Virus record (IMG/VR): IMGVR_UViG_3300008111_000019
Location: 32,001 to 96,000 of that record
DNA: 64,000 nt
Direction: 5' to 3' (one strand)
Source of the DNA: a virus
Part shown: positions 20,937-31,079 of the stretch, in pieces
Numbering within the stretch: the first letter of the stretch is position 1
Layout: each line of letters starts with the position of its first letter
Program-made: the position numbers and the translations under genes
Notes under the pieces: model-generated
What the model was told of the DNA's origin: nothing
The model's database searches: none
What the model saw: the letters and a program-made list of their open reading frames with translations, nothing else

Positions 20937-22766
20937 ATGGCCTATGTAATTAATAAAACTAACGGATTACAGTTAATAGTCTTAGAAGACGGAACAGTAG
21001 ATACGTCAACTAGTGTAGGTTTGGTAGGACGTAACTATACAGGTTACGGCGAAATCCAGAATGAAAATTTCTTAGGCCTTTTAGAAAATTGGGCCAATGC
21101 TAATCCTCCTTCTCGTCCAATAAGTGGACAGACATGGTTTAATACTTTTAATAAAACTCTTAATGTCTATGAAGGAGACAAGTGGGTACCTGTTGGGTCA
21201 ACAGTGATTCAAAATACCAGTCCCGAAGGCATCGCTGGAACATTGTGGTTTAAAGGTTCAACAAAACAATTATTTGTCTATAATGAAAATGCATGGAATC
21301 TTGTTGGACCCGAAGGACTTGAAGGATTCGGAGAAACTAGATCTATTTCTACTTTTCTATTAGATTCAACTGGTGCTCAAAGACCAATTATATTAAATGT
21401 TGTAGATGATAAAGTTATATCTATGACAGCCAGTTCGGCATACCTTATCAGGGCCAACGAACAAACTCATATCACTAACAAATACAATTTAGGTTATACC
21501 GATAGCGTGTTAAGAACAGTTAGTTCTGGTGTTAACCTAAATATGTTTCCTTCTTTTGGTAATAATTTTATAGGTGCATTAGACGGAAATGCAGCATCTG
21601 CTAGTAGACTAGAAACTCCAAGATTTATCAACGGCATTGCCTTTGATGGACAGAATGATATAACAATAACTTCATCAACTACAGGTACACTGAATAGGGG
21701 TAGTTATCTAACAGGGAATAATTTTAACGGTTTAAATACCGTGACTTGGGCTGTTGATGCTAGTTCATCTAATTTAATAGGTAAAGTTGTAGCCAGAGAC
21801 AGCGCCGGCGACTTTGCTGCCGGAACAATTACAGCAAATTTAGTAGGTAATGTCACAGGTAATGTAACTGCTACAGAAGGCACAAGTTCTTTTAATGTGG
21901 TACAAGCCAACGAGTTTGTAGGAGCGCAACTATCTGGCAATGCGTTTACTGCAACTAGATTGAAAACTCCTAGAACTATAAACGGAGTAGCGTTCGATGG
22001 CAGTGCTGATATCACTGTTACTGCCGCTGCAGATACATTGACAGGTACACAGTTAGCGGCTAACATTGTTCAATTAGGTACACTGAATCAATTGAATGTA
22101 GCGGACACTGGAATATCTATAGGTAATTCCGGTCAGTTAGATATTTTTATTGATGTGTCTATTCCTACTATTAGAGATACTTCATCACAAGGCATTACTT
22201 TTAATATTATCGATAATACTATAGGCGATGTAGATTTCAAATTAATTAACAGTACACTGTCGCTATCTCTAGGAGGCGCTAACGCACCTGCATTTGTGCC
22301 AGAAAATGACAATGTAACTCATTTAGGTATTGTTACTAAACGTTGGAATACTGTTCATGCTAATCTATTTCAAGGTACTGCTACTGCTGCACGTTATGCC
22401 GACCTAGCAGAAAACTATCTAGCAGATGTAGATTATGAACCAGGTACAGTTTTAGAATTTGGTGGCAGTCAAGAAGTTACTGTAGCAGAAGATGAAACTC
22501 GTAAAGTGGCAGGAGTTGTGTCTAGTAATCCAGCATATTTAATGAACAGCGAATTACAAGGCGATCATGTAGTTGCCCTAGCACTACAGGGAAGAGTTCC
22601 TTGTAAAGTTAGAGGCAAAATCCGTAAAGGAGACATGCTAGTCAGTGGCGGAAACGGCTATGCTAGACCTACTATAGATCCTAAAATAGGCACTATTATC
22701 GGTAAAGCACTGGAAGATTTTGAAGGTACAGACGGAATTATTGAAATTGTAGTGGGCAGAGTTTAA
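20937..22766 (+). CDS. Tail fibre/appendage with C-terminal autocleaving intramolecular chaperone (peptidase G2-like)
   Basis: 'ATRLKTPRTINGVAFDGSADIT' fibre repeats; C-terminal 'YADLAENY...YEPGTV...GVVSSNPAYLMN...ALQGRVPCKV'. Confidence 0.75.
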   Translation: MAYVINKTNGLQLIVLEDGTVDTSTSVGLVGRNYTGYGEIQNENFLGLLENWANANPPSRPISGQTWFNTFNKTLNVYEGDKWVPVGSTVIQNTSPEGIAGTLWFKGSTKQLFVYNENAWNLVGPEGLEGFGETRSISTFLLDSTGAQRPIILNVVDDKVISMTASSAYLIRANEQTHITNKYNLGYTDSVLRTVSSGVNLNMFPSFGNNFIGALDGNAASASRLETPRFINGIAFDGQNDITITSSTTGTLNRGSYLTGNNFNGLNTVTWAVDASSSNLIGKVVARDSAGDFAAGTITANLVGNVTGNVTATEGTSSFNVVQANEFVGAQLSGNAFTATRLKTPRTINGVAFDGSADITVTAAADTLTGTQLAANIVQLGTLNQLNVADTGISIGNSGQLDIFIDVSIPTIRDTSSQGITFNIIDNTIGDVDFKLINSTLSLSLGGANAPAFVPENDNVTHLGIVTKRWNTVHANLFQGTATAARYADLAENYLADVDYEPGTVLEFGGSQEVTVAEDETRKVAGVVSSNPAYLMNSELQGDHVVALALQGRVPCKVRGKIRKGDMLVSGGNGYARPTIDPKIGTIIGKALEDFEGTDGIIEIVVGRV

Positions 22767-22777
22767 TAACAGGGTAC

Positions 22778-22785
22778 GATAAATA
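22778..22785 (+). promoter_or_regulatory. T4-like late promoter core (GATAAATA)
   Basis: Intergenic, upstream of a GGAG SD and ATG 22808. Confidence 0.55.
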
Positions 22786-22807
22786 AGTGTATATACGGAG
22801 TTAATCA

Positions 22808-24553
22808 ATGGCATATCAAGTAGACAAGTTTAATGGGACGAGATTAGTCTCTGTAGAAGACGGCACCATTGATACCACTACCGACATACGTTTTGTAGGT
22901 AAAAACTACGCAGGATACGGTGAAGTACAGAACGAGAATTTTTTACATCTATTAGAAAATTTCTCAAATACCAGTGCTCCTCCTAAGGTAGTAACCGGGC
23001 AGATATGGTATGATAGTGGTAATAAAAAGTTAAGATTTTATGATGGTAGTCGTTTTAGGACTGCCAGCGGTGCAGAAATAGGAACGACAGCCCCATCCGG
23101 GCTTCAAGCAGGAGATTTTTGGTTCGATACCAGCGCAGAACAGTTGTATGCTTATAACGGTTCTACGTTTGTTTTGATAGGACCAGAAACTACCCCAGAA
23201 TTAGGTGCTGCCTCATTGACAGCACAGGTAGTAAAAGATACTCTAGGTACTAATCACAGCATAGGAAAAATTATTTCCGGCGGTGATACCATTGCTATTG
23301 TTAGTAAAGATGCGTTTACTCTAGACAGTGGGTTGAACCCCATTACTGGATTCACCACAATAAAGAAAGGTTTGAATCTTGTTAATACTAACGGATCTAC
23401 TGGAGTTACCAGTACAGACCACTTCTATTGGGGAACAGCATCAAATGCTGCTAGATTGGGTGGCTTTTTGGCCAGCGAATATGTAAGAACTGGAGAAGTT
23501 CGATTCGATACAGAGGTGAATTATTCAGATCCTGGTTTAACCATTGGCGGTAATTATCCTTCATACAGTAAAGATCTAGTTCTTAAAATAGAGAATGGTG
23601 ATGAACCAATTATTGAATCTAGATTAGCCAGCCCACTAACTCTTCGTGTAAGAGTTTCAGCCAGCGATGTGCGTAATTTTTATATTACTTCTACAGGCTT
23701 TTTGCCAGGAGCCAATAATTTTTACAATTTAGGTTCTTCTACAGAAAATTGGGCTAATGTTTACGCTACGACATTTACAGGAAATCTAAGTGGATCAGTA
23801 ACTGGTAACACGTCTGGTACACATACAGGTCCAATGGTAGGCAATTTAACCGGTAATGTGATTGGAAATTTAAATGGCACAGTCACAGGAAACGTTATTG
23901 GATCAGTTACTGGAACGGCTAGTAATGCTTTAACCTTAAACAGTCTAAATAGTGAATTTGGTGCAGTGGCAGTATCGGTGGCTATCAGAGACGCATCTGC
24001 CAATCTTACAGCAAACAGATTTATTGGAATCGCAGATAAGTCAGATAGATTAAAAATTGATGACAGTGCTACAGATACAGATCCTAGTTATAGGTCTGCT
24101 AAAACTCTTGCTTCTGGTAATACTATTGCAGCCAGAGATAGTTTAGGTAATTTGTTTGCAGTTTTGTTTGACGGTACTGCTACAGCAGCGAAATATGCTG
24201 ACCTAGCAGAGAAGTATCTTACAGATCGTGAGTATGAACCAGGTACAGTAGTGACAGTGGGCGGCGAAGCAGAAGTTAGAGCCACTGTTTTTGGAGATCG
24301 TGCTATCGGAGTAGTAAGTACAAATCCAGCATTTATGATGAACAAAGAGTTAGAAGGTGGTACATATATTGCCCTAAAAGGTCGTGTACCGTGCAAGGTA
24401 GTAGGATCGGTACGCAAAGGCGATCGATTAGTGGCTACAGAAAATGGTTGTGCTATCGCTGCCAGTTTCCATCAACATCCAGATGTTTTTGGTATCGCTT
24501 TACAAAGTGATCAAGATGTTGGCGTCAAAACTATAGAAGTGTTAGTATTATAA
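22808..24553 (+). CDS. Tail fibre/appendage with C-terminal autocleaving intramolecular chaperone (peptidase G2-like)
   Basis: Same N-terminal domain; G(N/S)(L/V)(T/I) tetrapeptide repeats; 'YADLAEKY...YEPGTV...GVVSTNPAFMMN...ALKGRVPCKV'. Confidence 0.75.
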   Translation: MAYQVDKFNGTRLVSVEDGTIDTTTDIRFVGKNYAGYGEVQNENFLHLLENFSNTSAPPKVVTGQIWYDSGNKKLRFYDGSRFRTASGAEIGTTAPSGLQAGDFWFDTSAEQLYAYNGSTFVLIGPETTPELGAASLTAQVVKDTLGTNHSIGKIISGGDTIAIVSKDAFTLDSGLNPITGFTTIKKGLNLVNTNGSTGVTSTDHFYWGTASNAARLGGFLASEYVRTGEVRFDTEVNYSDPGLTIGGNYPSYSKDLVLKIENGDEPIIESRLASPLTLRVRVSASDVRNFYITSTGFLPGANNFYNLGSSTENWANVYATTFTGNLSGSVTGNTSGTHTGPMVGNLTGNVIGNLNGTVTGNVIGSVTGTASNALTLNSLNSEFGAVAVSVAIRDASANLTANRFIGIADKSDRLKIDDSATDTDPSYRSAKTLASGNTIAARDSLGNLFAVLFDGTATAAKYADLAEKYLTDREYEPGTVVTVGGEAEVRATVFGDRAIGVVSTNPAFMMNKELEGGTYIALKGRVPCKVVGSVRKGDRLVATENGCAIAASFHQHPDVFGIALQSDQDVGVKTIEVLVL

Positions 24554-24563
24554 GGAATAGAAA

Positions 24564-25535
24564 ATGCCAATCGGTGATTTAATTAGTGTAACAGACTATA
24601 ACAATATTAGAACTAAAATTTCTGGTATCATGGGACCAGGTTCTACTAACAGTGGATATGGTCAAACTTTGAATGCTCCTACAGCATTATCATCAGGAGC
24701 CACAGTAACTAAAGCACAATGGGACAATTTAAGATTTGATATCTATAATGCCATAGTACACCAAACCGGTTCAGCACCTAGTATTACTACAATTAATGAA
24801 GGCGATGTTATAAGATACGGAACATCCCATCCTAATTTTCAATATAACACATTAGCAGATCAAGCCATAACAAATAAATTCAATTTAGGCACAGGGCAGT
24901 TTGTTACAGAGGCTATTGGATCACAATCAAGATTCTCTAATTGGACTTCTTTAGTTACTTCCACAGTCACAATCAATTTTGCAGACAATAATGCCTGTAG
25001 ATATTTCTTTAACAGTGGCGGTAAAATACGATTTGCCAGCACTAGATCAGGCGGGTCAGGAACTCTTCAAGATCAAAGATGGTCTAGTTTATTAAGTGGT
25101 GCAGGGCAGCCGTTCTTTGCCGGTAATTCTACTTTATATCCTGCCTCTGGCGGTAATGCCACATACAATAATATTGGTTTTTGGCAATTGACCACATCTG
25201 ATCAACAGGTTTGGTCATTCCAAGCCAGTAGTCCCTATACTGCAAACACATGGGTGTTGCAGGCTAGATTGGCAAGTGGAACTACCAGTACCGCAACATC
25301 CGTTATACTAACAGTAAGATGGCAGGATAATTATGTTGATCCTGCAACATCTCCACATACACCAACTACCGTTCTTCCTTTTGACGAAGTAACAGGAACA
25401 CTATCATTAAGTGTAGATCAAGTACGGGCTAGAGGCGAGTTGGCTCCTTCATTGATTCCTAACAGTTTTGCTATTACTGGCCCGATATTAGTCGGTGGCG
25501 GTGCATCTACAGTAGGCGCTATTTCCGGTAGTTAA
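24564..25535 (+). CDS. Virion structural protein (S/T/G-rich)
   Basis: End of the fibre cluster; 'GYGQ', 'RYFFNSGGKIRF'; beta-rich composition. Confidence 0.5.
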   Translation: MPIGDLISVTDYNNIRTKISGIMGPGSTNSGYGQTLNAPTALSSGATVTKAQWDNLRFDIYNAIVHQTGSAPSITTINEGDVIRYGTSHPNFQYNTLADQAITNKFNLGTGQFVTEAIGSQSRFSNWTSLVTSTVTINFADNNACRYFFNSGGKIRFASTRSGGSGTLQDQRWSSLLSGAGQPFFAGNSTLYPASGGNATYNNIGFWQLTTSDQQVWSFQASSPYTANTWVLQARLASGTTSTATSVILTVRWQDNYVDPATSPHTPTTVLPFDEVTGTLSLSVDQVRARGELAPSLIPNSFAITGPILVGGGASTVGAISGS

Positions 25536-25557
25536 TTTTTCCTCCTATAAAACCACA

Positions 25558-25565
25558 TATAAATA
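25558..25565 (+). promoter_or_regulatory. T4-type late promoter TATAAATA heading the GT/radical-SAM operon
   Basis: Exact T4 gp55 consensus in an intergenic gap, followed by an AGGAG SD and ATG 25591. Confidence 0.7.
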
Positions 25566-25590
25566 ATGTGCGTATTTTATAGGAGTTCAC

Positions 25591-25941
25591 ATGGACGAAC
25601 GTCTGGCTAAAGCCCTAGATTTTTCAAAATTTAGGCAAACACTAACATTAGAACGTAAAAATCTCAAAGAAAAAATTGATGCTAATCTAACCTACGGTTA
25701 TAATGGAGGCATCTTTAAAATTGATAGATCTTTGATAGTATTTGTTCAAATGTTAATCGACCAACAGAGAACTGAAAATGTTCCTCTCCTAGATTCAAAT
25801 GACACACCTATTTTAATTTCTGATTTGAATACCTTCAAAGACGAAATATTAGATAGGTATATGACTGCGGTTTATGAATATTTTAGGCAGTACGAAAAAA
25901 TAAAAAAATCTAGATCAGTAGATAAACTTATAGAACTATGA
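25591..25941 (+). CDS. Hypothetical protein, first gene of the GT/rSAM operon
   Basis: Strong SD; ATGA overlap with the next gene. Confidence 0.7.
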   Translation: MDERLAKALDFSKFRQTLTLERKNLKEKIDANLTYGYNGGIFKIDRSLIVFVQMLIDQQRTENVPLLDSNDTPILISDLNTFKDEILDRYMTAVYEYFRQYEKIKKSRSVDKLIEL

Positions 25942-26795
25942 AAAAAGGAATAGTTATTTTCGCTCATAACAGCCGAAAGGTTGATTATAGTCTTATGTCT
26001 ATAATCGCTGGCGGCCTAGCGAAAAAGCATCTTCAGATGCCAGTCTCTTTGATAACTGATCAATCTACTATGGATTGGATGAGTACTAGCAGTGCTATAA
26101 AAGATGCCGAATCTGTTTTTGATCAAATTATTATAACCGAACGTCCTTACTCAGAAAATTATAGAACATTAAGTGATGGTAATCTTATAGACAATGTTCC
26201 TTTTATTAACAACAATAGATTTTCAGTTTGGGATTTAACTCCTTACGATAGAACATTATTAATTGACAGTGATTTTTTAATTTTTTCAGACAGATTAAAA
26301 TCTCATATTGATTCTGATATTGATCTAATGATTGGAGAATCTATGATCGATCTAGGCGGAAATCGAGTAGGCACTTTAGACAAGTATGTTTCAGACACTG
26401 GCCCTAATTTATATTGGGCAACTAATGTAGTTTTTACAAAAAATGAAAATACAAAAATATTTTTTAATTTGGTAGACTACATAAAAGAAAATTATTCTTA
26501 TTATTGTGATCTTTTTAGATTTTATCCTAGACCTTATAGGAACGATATTTCATTTAGCGTTGCTAAACATATACTAGACGGATATAACAAATCTCAAGAA
26601 CAAAGTTTACCGTCAATACCCACAACTACAGATAAAGATCTATTAGTGGATATAGATGCCAACGGAAAATTAATTTTTTTAATTAATCAAGGTAATGACG
26701 ATTACGTTGCAATCTCTATCAAGAATCAAGATGTTCATGTTATGAACAAACAGAGTTTGATAAGGAACAGTGAAGTTTTGCTTAAATTAATATGA
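25938..26795 (+). CDS. Glycosyltransferase-like protein (GT-A fold, GT8-like)
   Basis: 'LTPYDRTLLIDSDF' DxD motif; N-terminal 'KGIVIFA...Y..MS'; 'YRNDISFS'. Confidence 0.65.
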   Translation: MKKGIVIFAHNSRKVDYSLMSIIAGGLAKKHLQMPVSLITDQSTMDWMSTSSAIKDAESVFDQIIITERPYSENYRTLSDGNLIDNVPFINNNRFSVWDLTPYDRTLLIDSDFLIFSDRLKSHIDSDIDLMIGESMIDLGGNRVGTLDKYVSDTGPNLYWATNVVFTKNENTKIFFNLVDYIKENYSYYCDLFRFYPRPYRNDISFSVAKHILDGYNKSQEQSLPSIPTTTDKDLLVDIDANGKLIFLINQGNDDYVAISIKNQDVHVMNKQSLIRNSEVLLKLI

Positions 26796-27619
26796 AATTT
26801 GGATATTTACTAATCACCTCAAAAAACGAATCTGTTAACTATAACAAACTAGCCTATGCGTTAGCGTTGAGTATAAAAAACACACAGAAAGAAGGGTATG
26901 ACCAAGTCTGCTTAGTTACAGACGATTTGTTGTCAGCAAAAAATTTTACATCTTCGTGGGTGTTTGATCAAATAATAGAACATCCAGGACACACTGGGTG
27001 GTCTGGCAGAAGTTATATGGACCAATTGAGTCCTTTTGATTACACAGTCTGTTTAGATGTTGACATGTTATTTTTAAATGATTGCAGTCATTGGGCACAA
27101 TACTTTATTGAAAATACAGATTTGTTTATCACAGACAGAGCGTTTACCTATAGAGGCGAGCCTGTAACTTCCGATTATTATAGAAAGACATTTACGGCTA
27201 ATAACTTGCCAAACCTATATAGTTATTATACATTCTTCAAACGAGATTCAGATCAAGTAAAAGAATTTTTTACCTTGCAAAGAGAAATTTATAATAATCC
27301 TACAGAATTTTCTAATGTCTTTCTCAACGAATTCAAACCTAAAATAATTGGAACAGATGAAGCGTTTGCTTTGTCTGCAAAATTGTTAGAACTAGAATTT
27401 CCTAAATTAGAATTTCCTAACGTAGTACACATGAAAGGTCAAGTACAAAACTGGCCTTGGCCCGCTGACGAATGGACCAATCATGTGGGATTTTATTTTA
27501 ACAAAACTGGATTAAAAATAGGAAATTTTCAACAGAAAGATCTTATACATTATGTTAATAAAGATATTATCCTGGATGAAATAATCAGTATACTTGAGGA
27601 AACAGCATGGAAGAAGTAA
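26792..27619 (+). CDS. Glycosyltransferase-like protein (GT-A fold, GT8-like), paralog of the preceding gene
   Basis: 'Y.KLAYALALSIK', 'LSPFDYTVCLDVDML' DxD motif, 'GTDEAFAL', 'VHMK', 'IHYV.K'. Confidence 0.7.
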   Translation: MKFGYLLITSKNESVNYNKLAYALALSIKNTQKEGYDQVCLVTDDLLSAKNFTSSWVFDQIIEHPGHTGWSGRSYMDQLSPFDYTVCLDVDMLFLNDCSHWAQYFIENTDLFITDRAFTYRGEPVTSDYYRKTFTANNLPNLYSYYTFFKRDSDQVKEFFTLQREIYNNPTEFSNVFLNEFKPKIIGTDEAFALSAKLLELEFPKLEFPNVVHMKGQVQNWPWPADEWTNHVGFYFNKTGLKIGNFQQKDLIHYVNKDIILDEIISILEETAWKK

Positions 27620-28194
27620 TTGACTTCGATCAATGGTATCAAACTCATAATATAGAAATTGAGTACTGGGCAGTTTATGATCCTGAAACGGGTAAAGTAA
27701 AAGGAATATATCCTAACCAATCTGCAGATTCCTTCGAACATAAAATTAAAGTAGATCAAGAAACAGGAGAAGCCATAGGTTCTGGAAAAATATCATTGGC
27801 TAATTGTTATATTGATTTTGAATCAGATACTCTTGAAATAATAGAAATTAAATCGTTGATTAAAATTGACGATGTTCTACACAGAATAATAGACAGTCGC
27901 TGGGCCGATTCAAAAGATCCCGACCTAACAATCAGTGTCAAAGATAATAATTTAATTTTTTCTTTGTCAGACAAAGTAAAATCAAAAAAAAGAATTCATT
28001 ATAACGGTGATACTATAATGGATTTTTACATTACCGAATACAACGATCCTAATATACTTTTTGAAAAATTTTCAATACAATTAAATCAGTTAATTGACGA
28101 GGAAAAAAGTTTTCAAATTAAATTGCCTCAAAAATTTAGTGTGTATACACGTCGCATTTTTAAAAAATATATTCTTATAAATGAAAACAATTGA
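27607..28194 (+). CDS. Hypothetical protein within the GT operon
   Basis: Overlaps both neighbours; no recognised motif. Confidence 0.65.
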   Translation: MEEVIDFDQWYQTHNIEIEYWAVYDPETGKVKGIYPNQSADSFEHKIKVDQETGEAIGSGKISLANCYIDFESDTLEIIEIKSLIKIDDVLHRIIDSRWADSKDPDLTISVKDNNLIFSLSDKVKSKKRIHYNGDTIMDFYITEYNDPNILFEKFSIQLNQLIDEEKSFQIKLPQKFSVYTRRIFKKYILINENN

Positions 28195-29098
28195 ATTTGA
28201 TGTAATCTTTTTAAGTTATGACGAGCCTAATGCAGATCTGCATTATGCTGATTTATGCAGTAAGGTACCTTGGGCTAAACGTGTACACGGTGTTAAAGGT
28301 TCCGACCATGCTCACAAAGCCGCAGCAAATTTATCAGATACTGATTGGTTTATCACTGTGGATGCTGATAATATTGTAGATCCTAAATTTTTTAATATTG
28401 ATCTAGATATGAGTGATCCTAAGATACAGGTCTATGGATGGTGCGGTCGTAATGTGATCAACGGATTGCGTTACGGAAACGGCGGATTAAAAATTTGGAA
28501 GAAAGATTTTGTGCTTAACATGAAAACGCACGAAAACTCAGATAGTGATCGCGGACAAGTAGATTTTTGTTGGGAAGATGGATATCGTAACTTTCCTTTA
28601 AGTTTCAGCGACAGTATCATTACAGGTTCTCCATTTCAGGCTTGGAGAGCAGGATTTCGAGAAGGTGTTAAAATGACCTTACTTGATGGTGTTAAAGTTC
28701 CTGCACAAGAAATACAACAGAGAATATGGTGGCATAATATCCATAGACTGCGCATGTGGTCTACAGTTGGTAGCCATGAAGAAAATGGAATCTATGCAGT
28801 ATATGGTGCAAGATTAGGCACATGGATGGCCAACTGCACCGAATGGAATTATGTAGATGTAAGAGATTTTGAAATACTTAGAGGTATATGGCAGCAGTAC
28901 GGAAAACCTTATGAAGAAGTTAACGAAGACGGCCTAGTTGACGAAATAAAAAATCTCGGAGAAAAAATAAAATACAATCTAGGATTAGATTGGCCTTGGC
29001 TAGATGCCCAACAGAGCAAATATACTTTGGATTTATATAATGAAACTATGAATCTAAACGATACTTATTTCCGGATGCCGGTGCCTGCAGATGTATGA
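28181..29098 (+). CDS. Glycosyltransferase-like protein (GT-A fold)
   Basis: 'DVIFLSYDEPNAD...RVHGVKG...AHK.AA...WFITVDADN' DxD motif; 'YGNGGLK'; 'AWRAGFREGVK'. Confidence 0.65.
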   Translation: MKTIEFDVIFLSYDEPNADLHYADLCSKVPWAKRVHGVKGSDHAHKAAANLSDTDWFITVDADNIVDPKFFNIDLDMSDPKIQVYGWCGRNVINGLRYGNGGLKIWKKDFVLNMKTHENSDSDRGQVDFCWEDGYRNFPLSFSDSIITGSPFQAWRAGFREGVKMTLLDGVKVPAQEIQQRIWWHNIHRLRMWSTVGSHEENGIYAVYGARLGTWMANCTEWNYVDVRDFEILRGIWQQYGKPYEEVNEDGLVDEIKNLGEKIKYNLGLDWPWLDAQQSKYTLDLYNETMNLNDTYFRMPVPADV

Positions 29099-31079
29099 TA
29101 TTTTTTACGTTTCAAAAACAAAAGGCAATGATGATGACTGGGCAACATTTAAGTCAGAATATCCTATTGCACAACGTTTAACAAATGTAACATCCTACGA
29201 ACAAATTAAGTCAAAAGCATTTACAAAAATGTTTTGGGTAGTTTGGGATGATCTTAATTTACTAAAAACATTTAATTTAAATAATTATAGAGCAACAAAA
29301 TGGGACGATATGTATGTTCACGTTTTTAAAAACGGAGAACATCATGACGGAGTTTGTTTATTTCCTAAATCATTAAATGTTTCTCAAAAAGAATTTCATC
29401 ATAGATTTTTTACAGCAAAAAAAGAAATAGAGATTAACGCTAGTACTCCAAAGAAATATAATATCTATACTCCGCAATCATATGATGAGTATAAGTCTAT
29501 AGAAGATGAAATGTTCTGGTGTATATGGCCAGAGGTTGAAGTTACAGACGAATCTATTTTTGATTTATATTTCAGCCATCATAACACATATGATCGCAGA
29601 GAAAATCATATTTTTAAAAACACATGTAACGAAGTTGATTCGTATATGAGTGGCATCGTGCTTTGTAGCAGGTATAAGCGAATTTCATCTCGAGAGTTTG
29701 AAAAACAATATCTTGTTGATAAAAAAGAATACGATGTAACTGCCAGCAAATTTAGATACCCTAGGCATGTTATACATAGTTATGAACAATACTTAGAAAT
29801 TTTAAACAACGAAAGCCAAAGTATGTTTTGGGGTATATGGCCAGAGATTGAAATAATTGACACAACAATACTTGATTTTTACTTTGATCCTAACAATAAA
29901 GAATATGATGCTGACAGACATCAAAATCATATGTTTAAAAATTTATGTAATAATGAAGAGTCTTATCTTAACGGACTTGTTTTATTTTCTAAAGAGAAAA
30001 CTATATCGAAAAAAGAATTTTCTCGCAGATATCTAATCGAGAAAAAAGAACATAACAAGGTTGTTAGTCGTTATAGATATCCTAGATATGTTATGCATAG
30101 TTATGAGCAGTACTTAGAAATTTTAAACAATGAAAGTCAAAAAATGTTCTGGGGTATATGGCCAGAAGTTGAAATTATAGATCAATCTATTTTTGGTTTA
30201 TATTTTGATCCCAGAGACTGGAAAGAACAATACGACACCAGCGAAAATAACACATTTAAACATAGTTTCAATGATAAGATAATATCAATGAATAGTCCAG
30301 TATTATTTTCTAAACAGAGTCCTATAGGAAAACGAGAATTTTCTCATAGATTCTTAACCAATAAAAAAGAAAATGATAAAGTTATCTCCAAGCATAAATT
30401 ATATGATGTAGTTTTTATAAGTTATAATGAACCGAATGCAGATGAAAACTATCAAAAATTACTAGATAAATGTCCCAGGGCTAAGAGAGTACATGGTGTA
30501 AAAGGAATACATCGGGCTCATATTAAGGCAGCGGAATTGTCAGAAACAGACATGTTATGGATAGTGGATGGTGATGCTATCATATCCAATGATTTCAATT
30601 TTGATCTAGTATATTTTAGTTACAGTTATGATGTAGATTGCGTTCACGTATGGAGTAGTCGGAACCCTATTAACGGTTTAGAATACGGATATGGCGGAGT
30701 AAAATTGCTTCCAAGATTATTAACATTGAATATGGACTTAAATACTGCCGACATGACTACATCTATATCTAAAAAATTCAAATCGATGAATGTTGTATCT
30801 AATATCACTGTCTTTAATACTGATCCTTTTAACACATGGAAATCGGCATTTAGAGAATGCGCTAAGTTAGCCAGTAAGGTAATAGAAAGACAAGACAATG
30901 ACGAAACAATTAAACGATTAGATACATGGTGTGAAGTTGCCGATGGGGATTACGGATATTATGCCATTGCAGGAGCATTAGCAGGTCGTGCATACGGAGA
31001 GCAGAATAAAGGTAACTTCGAAACACTTAAGAAGATAAACGATTTTGACTGGTTAAGAGAAAAATTTAATGCAGGATAA
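29091..31079 (+). CDS. Multi-repeat glycosyltransferase-like protein (degenerate N-terminal repeats plus C-terminal GT-A domain)
   Basis: C-terminal 'DVVFISYNEPNADEN...RVHGVKGIH.AH..AA...WIVDGDA...YGYGGVKL...WKSAFRECAKL' is paralogous to 28181; internal repeats 'MFW(V/C/G)(V/I)W'. Confidence 0.65.
   Translation: MYDIFYVSKTKGNDDDWATFKSEYPIAQRLTNVTSYEQIKSKAFTKMFWVVWDDLNLLKTFNLNNYRATKWDDMYVHVFKNGEHHDGVCLFPKSLNVSQKEFHHRFFTAKKEIEINASTPKKYNIYTPQSYDEYKSIEDEMFWCIWPEVEVTDESIFDLYFSHHNTYDRRENHIFKNTCNEVDSYMSGIVLCSRYKRISSREFEKQYLVDKKEYDVTASKFRYPRHVIHSYEQYLEILNNESQSMFWGIWPEIEIIDTTILDFYFDPNNKEYDADRHQNHMFKNLCNNEESYLNGLVLFSKEKTISKKEFSRRYLIEKKEHNKVVSRYRYPRYVMHSYEQYLEILNNESQKMFWGIWPEVEIIDQSIFGLYFDPRDWKEQYDTSENNTFKHSFNDKIISMNSPVLFSKQSPIGKREFSHRFLTNKKENDKVISKHKLYDVVFISYNEPNADENYQKLLDKCPRAKRVHGVKGIHRAHIKAAELSETDMLWIVDGDAIISNDFNFDLVYFSYSYDVDCVHVWSSRNPINGLEYGYGGVKLLPRLLTLNMDLNTADMTTSISKKFKSMNVVSNITVFNTDPFNTWKSAFRECAKLASKVIERQDNDETIKRLDTWCEVADGDYGYYAIAGALAGRAYGEQNKGNFETLKKINDFDWLREKFNAG
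29754..30395 (+). repeat. Internal tandem duplication (about 321 bp / 107 aa unit) in the multi-repeat GT gene
   Basis: 'RYPRHVIHSYEQYLEILNNESQSMFWGIWPE' at 29754 and 'RYPRYVMHSYEQYLEILNNESQKMFWGIWPE' at 30075; more diverged copies lie upstream. Confidence 0.85.

Noticed and set aside
2606..24553. D-S/T motifs as the Bacteroidota host O-glycosylation sequon
   Set aside because: TTGACA/TATAAT promoters and AGGAG SDs argue against a Bacteroidota host; only the phage-GT hypothesis is kept.
29754..30395. Repeat as a diversity-generating retroelement template/variable pair or a CRISPR array
   Set aside because: In-frame coding duplication with mismatches not confined to adenines; no reverse transcriptase or spacer pattern.
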